Below are positions 55,496 to 64,000 of a stretch of DNA of 64,000 nucleotides, piece after piece. The number at the start of each line of letters is the position of its first letter. Within the stretch, counting starts at the first letter, position 1. Both the position numbers and the translations under genes were made by a program. Location of the stretch: contig JARVJZ010000002.1 in NCBI GenBank assembly GCA_029775855.1, forward strand, positions 1 to 64,000, written 5' to 3'. The notes under the pieces are model-generated. The model saw nothing but the letters and a program-made list of their open reading frames with translations, ran no database searches and was not told where the DNA came from. This stretch comes from Nitrososphaeria archaeon (GTDB lineage Archaea; Thermoproteota; Nitrososphaeria; Nitrososphaerales; JAAOZN01).

Positions 55496-56434
55496 TTGAG
55501 CTTAAAAAGTATAGCTGTTAGATCACCAGCGACAAGCGCAAACCTAGGACCTGGATTTGACGTCTTTGGAATAGCGTTAAGTGAGCCCTATGACGCTGTG
55601 AAGGTTGCAAAGATAGAGGAGAGAGGGATCGAGGTTACTGTGGGGGGAAAGTTCAGTGAAGGCATACCGGAGAAAGTTGAGGAAAACTCAGCTGGATTAG
55701 CGGCGAAATCTCTTCTTACCCATTTTAATATTAAAGAAGGGGTGCGTATTGAGGTTGAGAAGGGTGTGAAGCCTGGGATGGGGCTTGGTAGCAGCGCAGC
55801 TTCCGCTGTGGCGGCGGTTTACGCACTTAACAAACTCTTTAACCTTAATTTAAGTAGGCGTGAGTTGATTATGTTCTCAGCGCAGGGCGAGAGAGCTTCG
55901 GCTGGGTCTGCTCACGCGGATAATGTTTCAGCAGCGCTCTTAGGCGGCTTCGTGATAGTAAAACCGCATCTTTACGAGGCACAATCTATAGAGCCTCCAA
56001 GCAACCTTGCTCTTTGTGTAGCTGTGCCTGAGGTTAAGCCCCCTCCCAAGAAGACTGGTGTTGCTAGAAGCATCTTACCTCGAAGTGTGAGTTTGATTAA
56101 AGCTGTTCACAACACATCTATGGCGTGCTGGATGGTTGCTTCCCTCACAAAGGGTGATGTTTCTGAGTTTGGTAGAGCTATGCAAGATCTCGTTGTCGAG
56201 CCAAGGAGGGCTAAGATGGTGCCTGGCTACTCTGAAGTTAAGAGATTGGCGTTAGAAGCTGGGGCTGCTGGTGTTGTGATAAGCGGAGCTGGTCCAACGA
56301 TGCTTGCAGTTGTGGATAAGAGGGCTGCTAATCCTGAGGATGTGGCTGAGGCTATGCGTCGAGGATTTGAATCTGTAGGTTTGGCTTCACACTGCTTTGT
56401 CACTACACCAGGTAAAGGTGCTTCTATCATTTGA
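55496..56434 (+). CDS. thrB: homoserine kinase
   Basis: PATSANLGPGFD, GMGLGSSAAS, HADNV, ISGAGPT. Confidence 0.95.
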   Translation: MSLKSIAVRSPATSANLGPGFDVFGIALSEPYDAVKVAKIEERGIEVTVGGKFSEGIPEKVEENSAGLAAKSLLTHFNIKEGVRIEVEKGVKPGMGLGSSAASAVAAVYALNKLFNLNLSRRELIMFSAQGERASAGSAHADNVSAALLGGFVIVKPHLYEAQSIEPPSNLALCVAVPEVKPPPKKTGVARSILPRSVSLIKAVHNTSMACWMVASLTKGDVSEFGRAMQDLVVEPRRAKMVPGYSEVKRLALEAGAAGVVISGAGPTMLAVVDKRAANPEDVAEAMRRGFESVGLASHCFVTTPGKGASII

Positions 56435-57693
56435 ACGGATTTTACTTCTCATGTATAGGCTGTGGAGCTACTTTCTCATTAAGCGAAAACATCTACAGCT
56501 GCTCTAGATGTGGTGATCTGATTCAAATAGAGGTGCCCATAGATGATGTTAAAGAGAAGATAGACCTTAGAGCCCTAAGAAGGCTTCCTATATCGGTATG
56601 GAAGTATGCACCTCTCTTACCAATAGCCGATTTGTCAAAAGTTGTCACACTACATGAAGGTGGCACTGGGCTGCATCACTGTCGCAGACTAGGCTCACTA
56701 CTGGGTTTAGAACACCTCTATGTGAAAAATGAGGGCGAGAACCCAACAGGCTCATTTAAGGATCGAGGCATGACTGTAGGCATAACTAGGGCATTAGAAA
56801 TGGGTGCAAGAAGCGTCATCTGCGCCTCAACAGGCAACACAGCAGCATCTTTAGCAGCCTACAGCGCTAAAGCTGGGCTAAATAGAATCGTCTTAATACC
56901 TTCAGGCAAGATAGCCTACGGTAAGCTCGCTCAAGCAATAGTATACGGTGCGCAGATAGTTCAGATTAAAGGTAACTTTGACGAAGCATTGAAGCTGGTC
57001 TTTGAGATCTGCAGTAGGAATCGGGAGATTTACCTCCTAAACTCCGTTAACCCCTTCCGAATCGAGGGGCAGAAGACCCTTGCATACGAGGTCTGCGACC
57101 AGCTAAATAGACACCCAGACTACTTTATCATCCCAGTTGGAAACGCAGGGAACATCAGTGCGGCTTGGAAGGGCTTTACAGAATACTACAACCTTGATCA
57201 AATCGAAGCCAAGCCGAAGATGGTTGGGGTTCAAGCAGAAGGTGCGGCACCAATAGCCGAAGCGGTAGCTAAAAGAAGTTTAACCATAACGAGCATCAAT
57301 AAACCAGAAACCATAGCTACAGCTATAAGGATAGGAGCACCAGTGAGCTGGAAGAAGGCGTTAAGAGCAATTTATGACTCAGAGGGCACAGCATTAACAG
57401 TAAGCGATGAAGAAATACTTGAGGCACAGAGCCTATTAGCTAGAGTTGAAGGGCTATTTGTAGAGCCGGCGAGTGCAGCACCCATCGCTGCGTTAAAAAA
57501 ACTGAGGGAAGAAAGCTACTTCTCTAAAGAAGATTATGTGGTCTGCGTCACCACTGGGCACGGGCTTAAAGACCCAGATGTCATAAGTAGACTTTACGAG
57601 AAGCCTGTTGAGGTTGAAGCTGAAGTCAGCAGCATAGAGCGGATATTAGGCCTAGCTAAAACAGCAGAAACCTTAGCCGCACAGTACACATAG
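56431..57693 (+). CDS. thrC: threonine synthase
   Basis: N-terminal CxxC..CxxC, NPTGSFKDRG, ASTGNT, PVGNAGN, EPASA, TGHGLKD. Confidence 0.95.
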   Translation: MNGFYFSCIGCGATFSLSENIYSCSRCGDLIQIEVPIDDVKEKIDLRALRRLPISVWKYAPLLPIADLSKVVTLHEGGTGLHHCRRLGSLLGLEHLYVKNEGENPTGSFKDRGMTVGITRALEMGARSVICASTGNTAASLAAYSAKAGLNRIVLIPSGKIAYGKLAQAIVYGAQIVQIKGNFDEALKLVFEICSRNREIYLLNSVNPFRIEGQKTLAYEVCDQLNRHPDYFIIPVGNAGNISAAWKGFTEYYNLDQIEAKPKMVGVQAEGAAPIAEAVAKRSLTITSINKPETIATAIRIGAPVSWKKALRAIYDSEGTALTVSDEEILEAQSLLARVEGLFVEPASAAPIAALKKLREESYFSKEDYVVCVTTGHGLKDPDVISRLYEKPVEVEAEVSSIERILGLAKTAETLAAQYT

Positions 57694-57710
57694 CGGAGCT
57701 AATCTTCCCT

Positions 57711-60700
57711 CTACACACCTAATTTTCCTTGAGTTGTGAAGTATGTTGTATGTGAAGGTTTAGAAGCATACTCTACTTCAACCAAGGCTAGTTTACTCCA
57801 CGCTGATGACGCTACATCCACATCAAATAAGAGTTTGAAGTAGAGCCAAGTGAAGTCATCCGGCACTTCATATAGATTAGACTCACCTAACACAATTAGC
57901 CTCCCACCTTCGTTTGATGTGTATGCTGCCATAACAACACCAGAGGAGCCAGGTATGTAAGGTATATATGCAGTTGCCAATGGTGTGCTGGCTTCATCCA
58001 AAGTAAGTGTAAGGGCTGAGTATAGTGGCACAACATCGCTAGATCTTAGCTGCTTAAGGCTAGTAAGGGGGTTCAAGAAGCCGTCTATAAAGTTCTGGCG
58101 TGCCTCCAGATTGAATTGTGTTAGAGAAGCGGATTCAAATCCGACATCTAGGTGTATGATGAGCCCTAAGCCTTTTTTGAGGATAGAAGGGAGCAGACTG
58201 CGCCTATAATTATGTAGTTCAGCGTCGTGCAGCACCACAACATCATATTCACCAGATAATAAAGTAGACCAAGGATCGTCTTCTCCTCTGTCGTTAAGGG
58301 TTTGCCAAAGTGAATCCACATCTACACCATTTTCTGAAAGAAAACGCCACCATCCAAAGACATCTAAACCCTGAAAAGAACCGCCCCAAAGGCGCTCAAC
58401 ATCTTGCGGATAGTAGATGCTGTTTTGAATCAGACCTTGAAAGACATCGTCAAAGACCATCTTAATTTTAGGTTGCTTAACTTCAATAAATATCTCGCTT
58501 AAAGCTAAAATCTTAGAACCGTTATTTAACAGAACTTCACCTTGATATACTCCTATTTTCGCAGATGGAGGGATGATGATCTGTAGGGCTACTGAAGTAA
58601 AGCCACCTATCCTTCCTACGCCAACTAAGTGACCTCGACTATAGTCATACCCATATTTGTAGAGGTATGGCACAGGATCAACATTATCTCCAACTTTGTG
58701 ATGAAGAGTTAAATGCGCTGCATCAGAAAATGAAACCAACACAGAGACATTACCCCTAAGCTCAAGAACAGCATCTAGCTGCTCAGTTGTATAAACCCCC
58801 AACTTAATGACCTTAAAGTCTCCTGGGTAGAGCGTTATAAGAGGAGGTGTAAATGAATCTATTCGACTGGGTGTAAGGAAAGTGAAAAGCGGAGAAACAC
58901 CTGTTCTATTCAATTTAGGTAGAACAAGTATCTCTGCTTCGACCAAATTATTTGAGTTGATAACATCATTCCCAAGCGACCAAGCCTCTAAACGGAGAGT
59001 GATGCGCTCAGCAGCCTTACCGATACTAACATTTAAACTGTGTTCAAAGGAAGTGCTCTCATGAGGTTTTAATATCAATGTCTTTACTATGTTTAAAAGT
59101 AGGCGCCCATCAAAAGAAGCCTTTAACTTTAGAAGCACCTCTTCATCGTATGCCCCGAAGTTTGACACCTCAGCGATAAACCTAACTAAACTCTGATTAA
59201 GTGTATATACAGGATACCTTAGCCTAACGCCAACCTCGTGTACCTTAACCTTTGGTTGTCCTTGTTGTGTCATAAGCCAACGGGCAGCGTTTAGTGCGAA
59301 GAGTTTGTTGTCTGAGGCGTTTATGTATTTGTTGTTAAGGAGGTCGTCATCAGCTATGACTAAGACTCGTCCTCCGTTGGTAGAGTTCTCCCAAGCTGCT
59401 ATCCCGATGAAGAAGGGGTCATATGCTATTGCTTCAGCGCCTCCCCTTATCAAAAGGCTTGCAGTGGGGTTCCCAAATTCAAGTGCACTAACATTAGTTG
59501 TGAGAGTGTGTTTAGCTATTTTAGTTGATATCCCCCCTCCACCTGCATTACTCCATCGTATGCCGTATGGCTCTGTGAATCTATCATAACTTTTACTCAA
59601 CAGATCCCCAACGAAAAGTAGACTCCCTCCATCAGCCACGAATCTATGTATCAAGCTCGTGTTGTATGCTGGACTTGATAGATCCTCTGGTTGAGGTATA
59701 AAAAGAAGATGAAAGCTACTCAAATCCACATCAGCAAGATTATTCCGCACGGGAAGTTTGGTTATCTCAGCCCCTTTCTCCTTCAAGAGGTTAAGGAAGA
59801 CGCTAAAGTTAGAGTCAGAGCCTATCGTGATAACCCTAGCTCCTATAAGAGGATCTCCAGCCTCCAGACTCGGTGTAGCATCTCTAATTTCAATCGTAGC
59901 ACCATATGATTTATACAAGTGGTTAGCGCTCTTAGCGGCTTCAAACGCACCTTTCACATCAAGTAACCCAGCGCCTTGAAACATCTGGTCAAGATGCAGA
60001 GATTTGGCGCCCTTCATTAGAGCAGCCTTGACACCTAAAGCGCTTATCCCTGGAAAGGCTTGGATTAGCAGCGCAGCAGCACCGGCAACTTGAGGAGTAG
60101 ACATGGATGTACCCCACATCTCCACATAAGCAGGCTCATCTTTCTTAGAGTAGAAGGCGTTAGCGCCGAGCACCGCTGCACCTACAGCCAATATATCTGG
60201 TTTCGAAGTTATCTCAAATGGCGTTGGGCCTCTACTGCTAAAATAAGTAAGTTCGCCCGTCTCATAGACCGCACCTACAGATATAGCGCTTGGCGAAGTG
60301 GCTGGGCTTAAGATAGAGTATAAGCCTGGTCCGCTGTTTCCAGCAGCAACGCACACGACAACGTTATTCTTCACAGCTTCTTCAACCGCTCTTGCCAGCG
60401 GATCTTCAAATGGAGATGTAGTTGGCGTGCCTCCTAAGCTTAAGTTTATCACGTCAGCGCCGTGCTTAACCGCCCATTCTATCCCAGCTATGATATCAGA
60501 TTCATACGCTAAACCACTCTCGTTGAAAACCTTAATATTATACAGATAGGCTTCAGGTGCTACACCCCTTTGAGTATAGGGTGCAATAGTGGCATTCAAG
60601 AACCTTGTTGAGGCGAAAGTAGTTTTGAAGCCTCTACTACCAGAAGCACCAGTTCCAGCAGCGATACTAGCCACATGAGTCCCATGCCCAATCACATCCC

Positions 60701-61328
60701 TAGTATCGTTAGAGCCTCCTGGTAGAAAAGCTATTTCAGCTAAGATCTTTGGGTCGTCTGTCAGAGGGTCGTCATCCAGATCATCAAGATCAGGATGATT
60801 CTTATCTATGCCCGTGTCGATTATTGCTATTACTACCCCTCTACCTTTATAGCCTTCAGCCCAGACTTTATCAGCCCCTATCAGAGTCGAGGTTTCGTTA
60901 AGCAGCGCAGGGAAACTACCCAAATGAGGATAAACTACGCCTGGAATAAAACTCTGTTGGGAAGTCGTCTTTTTTAACACTTGTAGGTTGAAGACTCTAT
61001 CTGGTTGAATACTTAACCCCTTAACTTCATTTAACTTATTAAATGGAACCTCAACCGCATAATATGGTATAAGAGAGAAACGTCGTAAAACAGTCGACCC
61101 CTCTGGTAAATTCACTTCTTTAGAGCTGTCTACACGGATAAGCAGTCTAACAGTGTCGCCAACTTTAGATAAATGGAGAAGAGGGGCGTCATTTACCAAA
61201 TTTTCTGGTAGAATCGGTAGAGGCGCTTCTAATAGTTGAGCGCCTATAGGCTCTATGAACACATTTAACGATAAGAGAAGTATCAAAGTTAATGGTAGAG
61301 AATAGCCAAAAACCTTTCTAATCAACAA
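57711..61328 (-). CDS. large secreted S8 subtilase with C-terminal accessory domains
   Basis: signal peptide, propeptide, triad IAIIDTG / GHGTHVA / GTSMSTP, oxyanion AAGNSG; ~720 aa C-terminal extension. Confidence 0.9.
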   Translation of the reverse strand: MLIRKVFGYSLPLTLILLLSLNVFIEPIGAQLLEAPLPILPENLVNDAPLLHLSKVGDTVRLLIRVDSSKEVNLPEGSTVLRRFSLIPYYAVEVPFNKLNEVKGLSIQPDRVFNLQVLKKTTSQQSFIPGVVYPHLGSFPALLNETSTLIGADKVWAEGYKGRGVVIAIIDTGIDKNHPDLDDLDDDPLTDDPKILAEIAFLPGGSNDTRDVIGHGTHVASIAAGTGASGSRGFKTTFASTRFLNATIAPYTQRGVAPEAYLYNIKVFNESGLAYESDIIAGIEWAVKHGADVINLSLGGTPTTSPFEDPLARAVEEAVKNNVVVCVAAGNSGPGLYSILSPATSPSAISVGAVYETGELTYFSSRGPTPFEITSKPDILAVGAAVLGANAFYSKKDEPAYVEMWGTSMSTPQVAGAAALLIQAFPGISALGVKAALMKGAKSLHLDQMFQGAGLLDVKGAFEAAKSANHLYKSYGATIEIRDATPSLEAGDPLIGARVITIGSDSNFSVFLNLLKEKGAEITKLPVRNNLADVDLSSFHLLFIPQPEDLSSPAYNTSLIHRFVADGGSLLFVGDLLSKSYDRFTEPYGIRWSNAGGGGISTKIAKHTLTTNVSALEFGNPTASLLIRGGAEAIAYDPFFIGIAAWENSTNGGRVLVIADDDLLNNKYINASDNKLFALNAARWLMTQQGQPKVKVHEVGVRLRYPVYTLNQSLVRFIAEVSNFGAYDEEVLLKLKASFDGRLLLNIVKTLILKPHESTSFEHSLNVSIGKAAERITLRLEAWSLGNDVINSNNLVEAEILVLPKLNRTGVSPLFTFLTPSRIDSFTPPLITLYPGDFKVIKLGVYTTEQLDAVLELRGNVSVLVSFSDAAHLTLHHKVGDNVDPVPYLYKYGYDYSRGHLVGVGRIGGFTSVALQIIIPPSAKIGVYQGEVLLNNGSKILALSEIFIEVKQPKIKMVFDDVFQGLIQNSIYYPQDVERLWGGSFQGLDVFGWWRFLSENGVDVDSLWQTLNDRGEDDPWSTLLSGEYDVVVLHDAELHNYRRSLLPSILKKGLGLIIHLDVGFESASLTQFNLEARQNFIDGFLNPLTSLKQLRSSDVVPLYSALTLTLDEASTPLATAYIPYIPGSSGVVMAAYTSNEGGRLIVLGESNLYEVPDDFTWLYFKLLFDVDVASSAWSKLALVEVEYASKPSHTTYFTTQGKLGV

Positions 61329-61426
61329 CCCAAAAAGGAAGATACACTATGCAAGTAGATAAAGATTAGGCGAAGAGGTGCAGATAAGGTTAATAAAACA
61401 AAACACTCAACCCAGCAGTGAGCACC

Positions 61427-62989
61427 ATGAGCGAGAATGTTAAGAAGATCCTAGAGAAGGTTGAGGAACTCAAGAAAAGAAAAGAAACCATCAAACTAGG
61501 CGGAGGTCCAGAAAGAATAGCCAAACAACATGCAGAAGGAAGGCTTACAGCCAGAGAAAGACTCGACGCATTCTTCGACCCGGGCACATTCGTAGAAATA
61601 GATGCCTTCGGAAGAACGATAGGCCGAGAACTAGGAATGGATAAGGTGAATCTACCTGGAGATGGTGTGATTATAGGCTACGGGTTGGTTGACGGCAGAC
61701 CAGTAGCAGCTATGGCTCAAGACTACACGTGCTTAGCTGGGACGATGGGTGAGATGCACGGTAGGAAGATCGTTAAAATAACCAAATTAGCTGCTGAATG
61801 GAATATCCCCATAGTGGGTTTCAACGAATCTGCTGGTGCTAGACTGCAAGAGTTCCTCGAAGTCTCTAGAACATACGGCGAATGGTTCTACTATACTTCA
61901 ATATATTCCGGTGTAATACCTCAGATAGCGGTTATGATGGGTGTGGTCGCTGGAGGGCAGTCTTACCAGCCAGGTTTAAGCGACTTCATATTCATGACGA
62001 AGAACTCTGCAGCATTTATCGCCGGCCCTCCCCTAGTCGAAGCTGTAACTGGAGAGAAGGTTTCGGTTGAAGATCTTGGTGGAGCTCAGATGCACGCTTC
62101 AGTCAGCGGAGTGTGCCACGTGCTCGCTGAAGACGAGATCGACTGCATAAATAAGGTTAGGGAGCTCCTTAGCTATTTGCCATCTAATAATAGGCAGAAG
62201 CCTCCTTGGGTGCCTACTGGCGACGACCCTAATAGGACTTGTGAAGCGCTATATGAGATAGTGCCAGCAAACCCCAAGATACCTTACGATATGCATAACG
62301 TAATCTATGAAATTGTTGATAACGGTAGGTTCTTTGAGATACATCGCGATTACGCCAAGAGTATGATAGTAGGATTTGCTAGATTTAACGGCTACAGCGT
62401 TGGTATAGTTGCTAACAACCCACTTTATCTTGCTGGAGGAATAGATGTCTGGGCAGCAGAAAAGGCTGCTAGATTCATAAGATTCTGTGATGCATTCAAT
62501 ATACCCCTAGTCTACCTAGTGAGCACACCAGCCTACATAGTGGGCTCAGTTCAAGAGCGGCTAGGCATGATTTACAGAGGAGCAACACTTCTACACGCAA
62601 CATCAGAGGCTACCGTCCCTAAGATCACAGTAATAATAGGCTGGGCCTATGCTGGCGCTTACATAGCCATGGGGTCAAAGTATCTTGCAGCAGACCTTGT
62701 CTATGCTTGGCCTACAGCAGAGATCGGTCTAGTCGCAGCAGAAGGCGTTGTTAACGTAGTTTACAGAAAGGAGATAGCAGCAGCACCAAACCCCGAAGAA
62801 GAAAGAAAGAAGAGGGAAGAGGAGTTCAGAGAAACATTCATGAAGATCTACTACCCAGCATCATACCAGCACGTAGATGATGTAATAGATCCAAAAGACA
62901 CGAGAATAATAATCATAAAGTCTCTAGAAGCTTTGAAGTATAAGAGGCAGAAGCTTCCATGGAAGAAGCATAACAACATGCCTCTATAA
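61427..62989 (+). CDS. acyl-CoA carboxylase/decarboxylase carboxyltransferase subunit (divergent)
   Basis: LGGGPERIAKQH..GRLTARER, GDGV, SAGARLQE, YSGVIPQI, LGGA, ARFIRFCDAFNIP, WKKHNNMPL. Confidence 0.9.
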   Translation: MSENVKKILEKVEELKKRKETIKLGGGPERIAKQHAEGRLTARERLDAFFDPGTFVEIDAFGRTIGRELGMDKVNLPGDGVIIGYGLVDGRPVAAMAQDYTCLAGTMGEMHGRKIVKITKLAAEWNIPIVGFNESAGARLQEFLEVSRTYGEWFYYTSIYSGVIPQIAVMMGVVAGGQSYQPGLSDFIFMTKNSAAFIAGPPLVEAVTGEKVSVEDLGGAQMHASVSGVCHVLAEDEIDCINKVRELLSYLPSNNRQKPPWVPTGDDPNRTCEALYEIVPANPKIPYDMHNVIYEIVDNGRFFEIHRDYAKSMIVGFARFNGYSVGIVANNPLYLAGGIDVWAAEKAARFIRFCDAFNIPLVYLVSTPAYIVGSVQERLGMIYRGATLLHATSEATVPKITVIIGWAYAGAYIAMGSKYLAADLVYAWPTAEIGLVAAEGVVNVVYRKEIAAAPNPEEERKKREEEFRETFMKIYYPASYQHVDDVIDPKDTRIIIIKSLEALKYKRQKLPWKKHNNMPL

Positions 62990-62998
62990 AGCAGCTTA

Positions 62999-63895
62999 GT
63001 GGTAGGCTTGGCGGGCGAAGCTATAATCTTCGCCATTCTAGCCGGCCTACTATTCGCTATAGCTAACATGTTCATGAGGGTGGGGGTCATTAAGGGAGAC
63101 CCTGTTTACGGGACAGCAGTCTCTACATTAACAGGTTCGATGATACTTGGTATAACGCTGGTTATGTTGAATCAGATTACAGCGGTTTTAACGTTAGGTG
63201 TATTCGATTTGGTGCTCTTTGCTGTTGCTGGTTTGCTTAACTTCACAGTATCTAGAACACTTTTCTTTGTAAGCAGCAGTATAATAGGTGTCGCCAGAGC
63301 CCAGCCTATAATTAGCTTAAACTCTATAGTTGCGGTGGTAGTGGGGCTGACGTTTCTTGCTGAGAAACTTACGTTAAGCGAGGGGTTAAGTGTGATCTTT
63401 ATGCTCTCTGGACTGATTTTGATATCTTTAAGTAATCCTGAGAAGAGAAGAGTCTCTCAAAGCAAATTTTATGCAGGCTTGTTATACGCATTAATAGGCT
63501 CTATAGCTGTTGGCTTTAGCCCTATACTTATCGCCATAGGTTTCAGAAGCGGTGCGCAACCAATTGTGGGTATTTCGATCTCCTATTTCTTTGCTTCACT
63601 AGGCTGGGGTTTAGTGCTTCTCTTTGGGCGTTGGTTAAGATTTCCCGGCGAGGGTAGAAAGGTTATCCGCCCATTTGTTATACAAGGCTTCTTTGTGACT
63701 TTAGCTCAGCTTAACAGATACTTTTCCATATACTTTGGTCCAGTTGTGTTGGTGACGCCAATATTTACGAGCGTATCTCCAATCCTCACAGCATTATTTG
63801 CTTACATCTTTCTTCAGAGAATCGAGCAAGTTAACTTTAGAGTTTGGTTATCGATAGCCTTTGTGGTATTAGGAATATATTTGGCATCTACTTAA
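62999..63895 (+). CDS. EamA/DMT-family transporter
   Basis: about ten TM segments in two repeats (IGVARAQPI...FLAEKL; GPVVLVTPI...FLQRIEQV). Confidence 0.85.
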   Translation: MVGLAGEAIIFAILAGLLFAIANMFMRVGVIKGDPVYGTAVSTLTGSMILGITLVMLNQITAVLTLGVFDLVLFAVAGLLNFTVSRTLFFVSSSIIGVARAQPIISLNSIVAVVVGLTFLAEKLTLSEGLSVIFMLSGLILISLSNPEKRRVSQSKFYAGLLYALIGSIAVGFSPILIAIGFRSGAQPIVGISISYFFASLGWGLVLLFGRWLRFPGEGRKVIRPFVIQGFFVTLAQLNRYFSIYFGPVVLVTPIFTSVSPILTALFAYIFLQRIEQVNFRVWLSIAFVVLGIYLAST

Positions 63896-64000
63896 TCTCT
63901 TAAATTACTGTTGTTAAACTAAAGCAAGTTTGGAAGAATTGAGCTAAATAGATCACAGAGTATTATCCGTGTAAATTTAGCTGCTAAGTAAAATTTTTAT

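Noticed and set aside
827-63090. Many 60-150 aa ORFs antisense to or nested in confident genes (e.g. 827-1138, 8735-9199, 53143-53595)
   Set aside because: Shadow ORFs with Ser/Pro/Thr-rich composition and no motifs, overlapping well-supported genes.
1-64000. CRISPR array, rRNA or IS transposase
   Set aside because: No regularly spaced repeats, rRNA-like tract or transposase motifs seen; nearly all sequence is accounted for by CDSs.

Overview
64 kb of an archaeal chromosome, most likely a TACK/Nitrososphaeria-like (Thaumarchaeota sensu lato) organism. This is inferred from the PolB1-type polymerase, the lys/arg cluster layout and a two-intron tRNA. In order, the window holds: (1) a nurA-herA pair plus two HTH genes; (2) a ~12.6 kb methanofuran/H4MPT C1 module (fwdDBAC-mch, mfnD/F/E-like genes, HisA-like, CitG-like, one RimK and two CofE-fold ligases); (3) a LysW-dependent lysine/arginine cluster with two small EDWGE carrier genes missed by the ORF track, each next to its own ligase, plus an inserted thiI and an ACT-domain gene coupled to argH; (4) a haloarchaeal-type phosphomevalonate decarboxylase-like gene; (5) the proteasome/exosome superoperon; (6) a tRNA-Tyr(GTA) with two BHB introns that is the integration site of a decayed ~1.35 kb element retaining an intact MNT-HEPN toxin-antitoxin pair; (7) housekeeping genes (moaC/B, thiL, trmI, EndoQ-like, proS, polB, csl4, ilvE, pheA); (8) threonine genes split by an AT-rich radical SAM island; (9) a large secreted subtilase, a divergent stand-alone carboxyltransferase and an EamA transporter. 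No CRISPR array or rRNA was seen. All calls come from reading motifs by eye; no searches were run.
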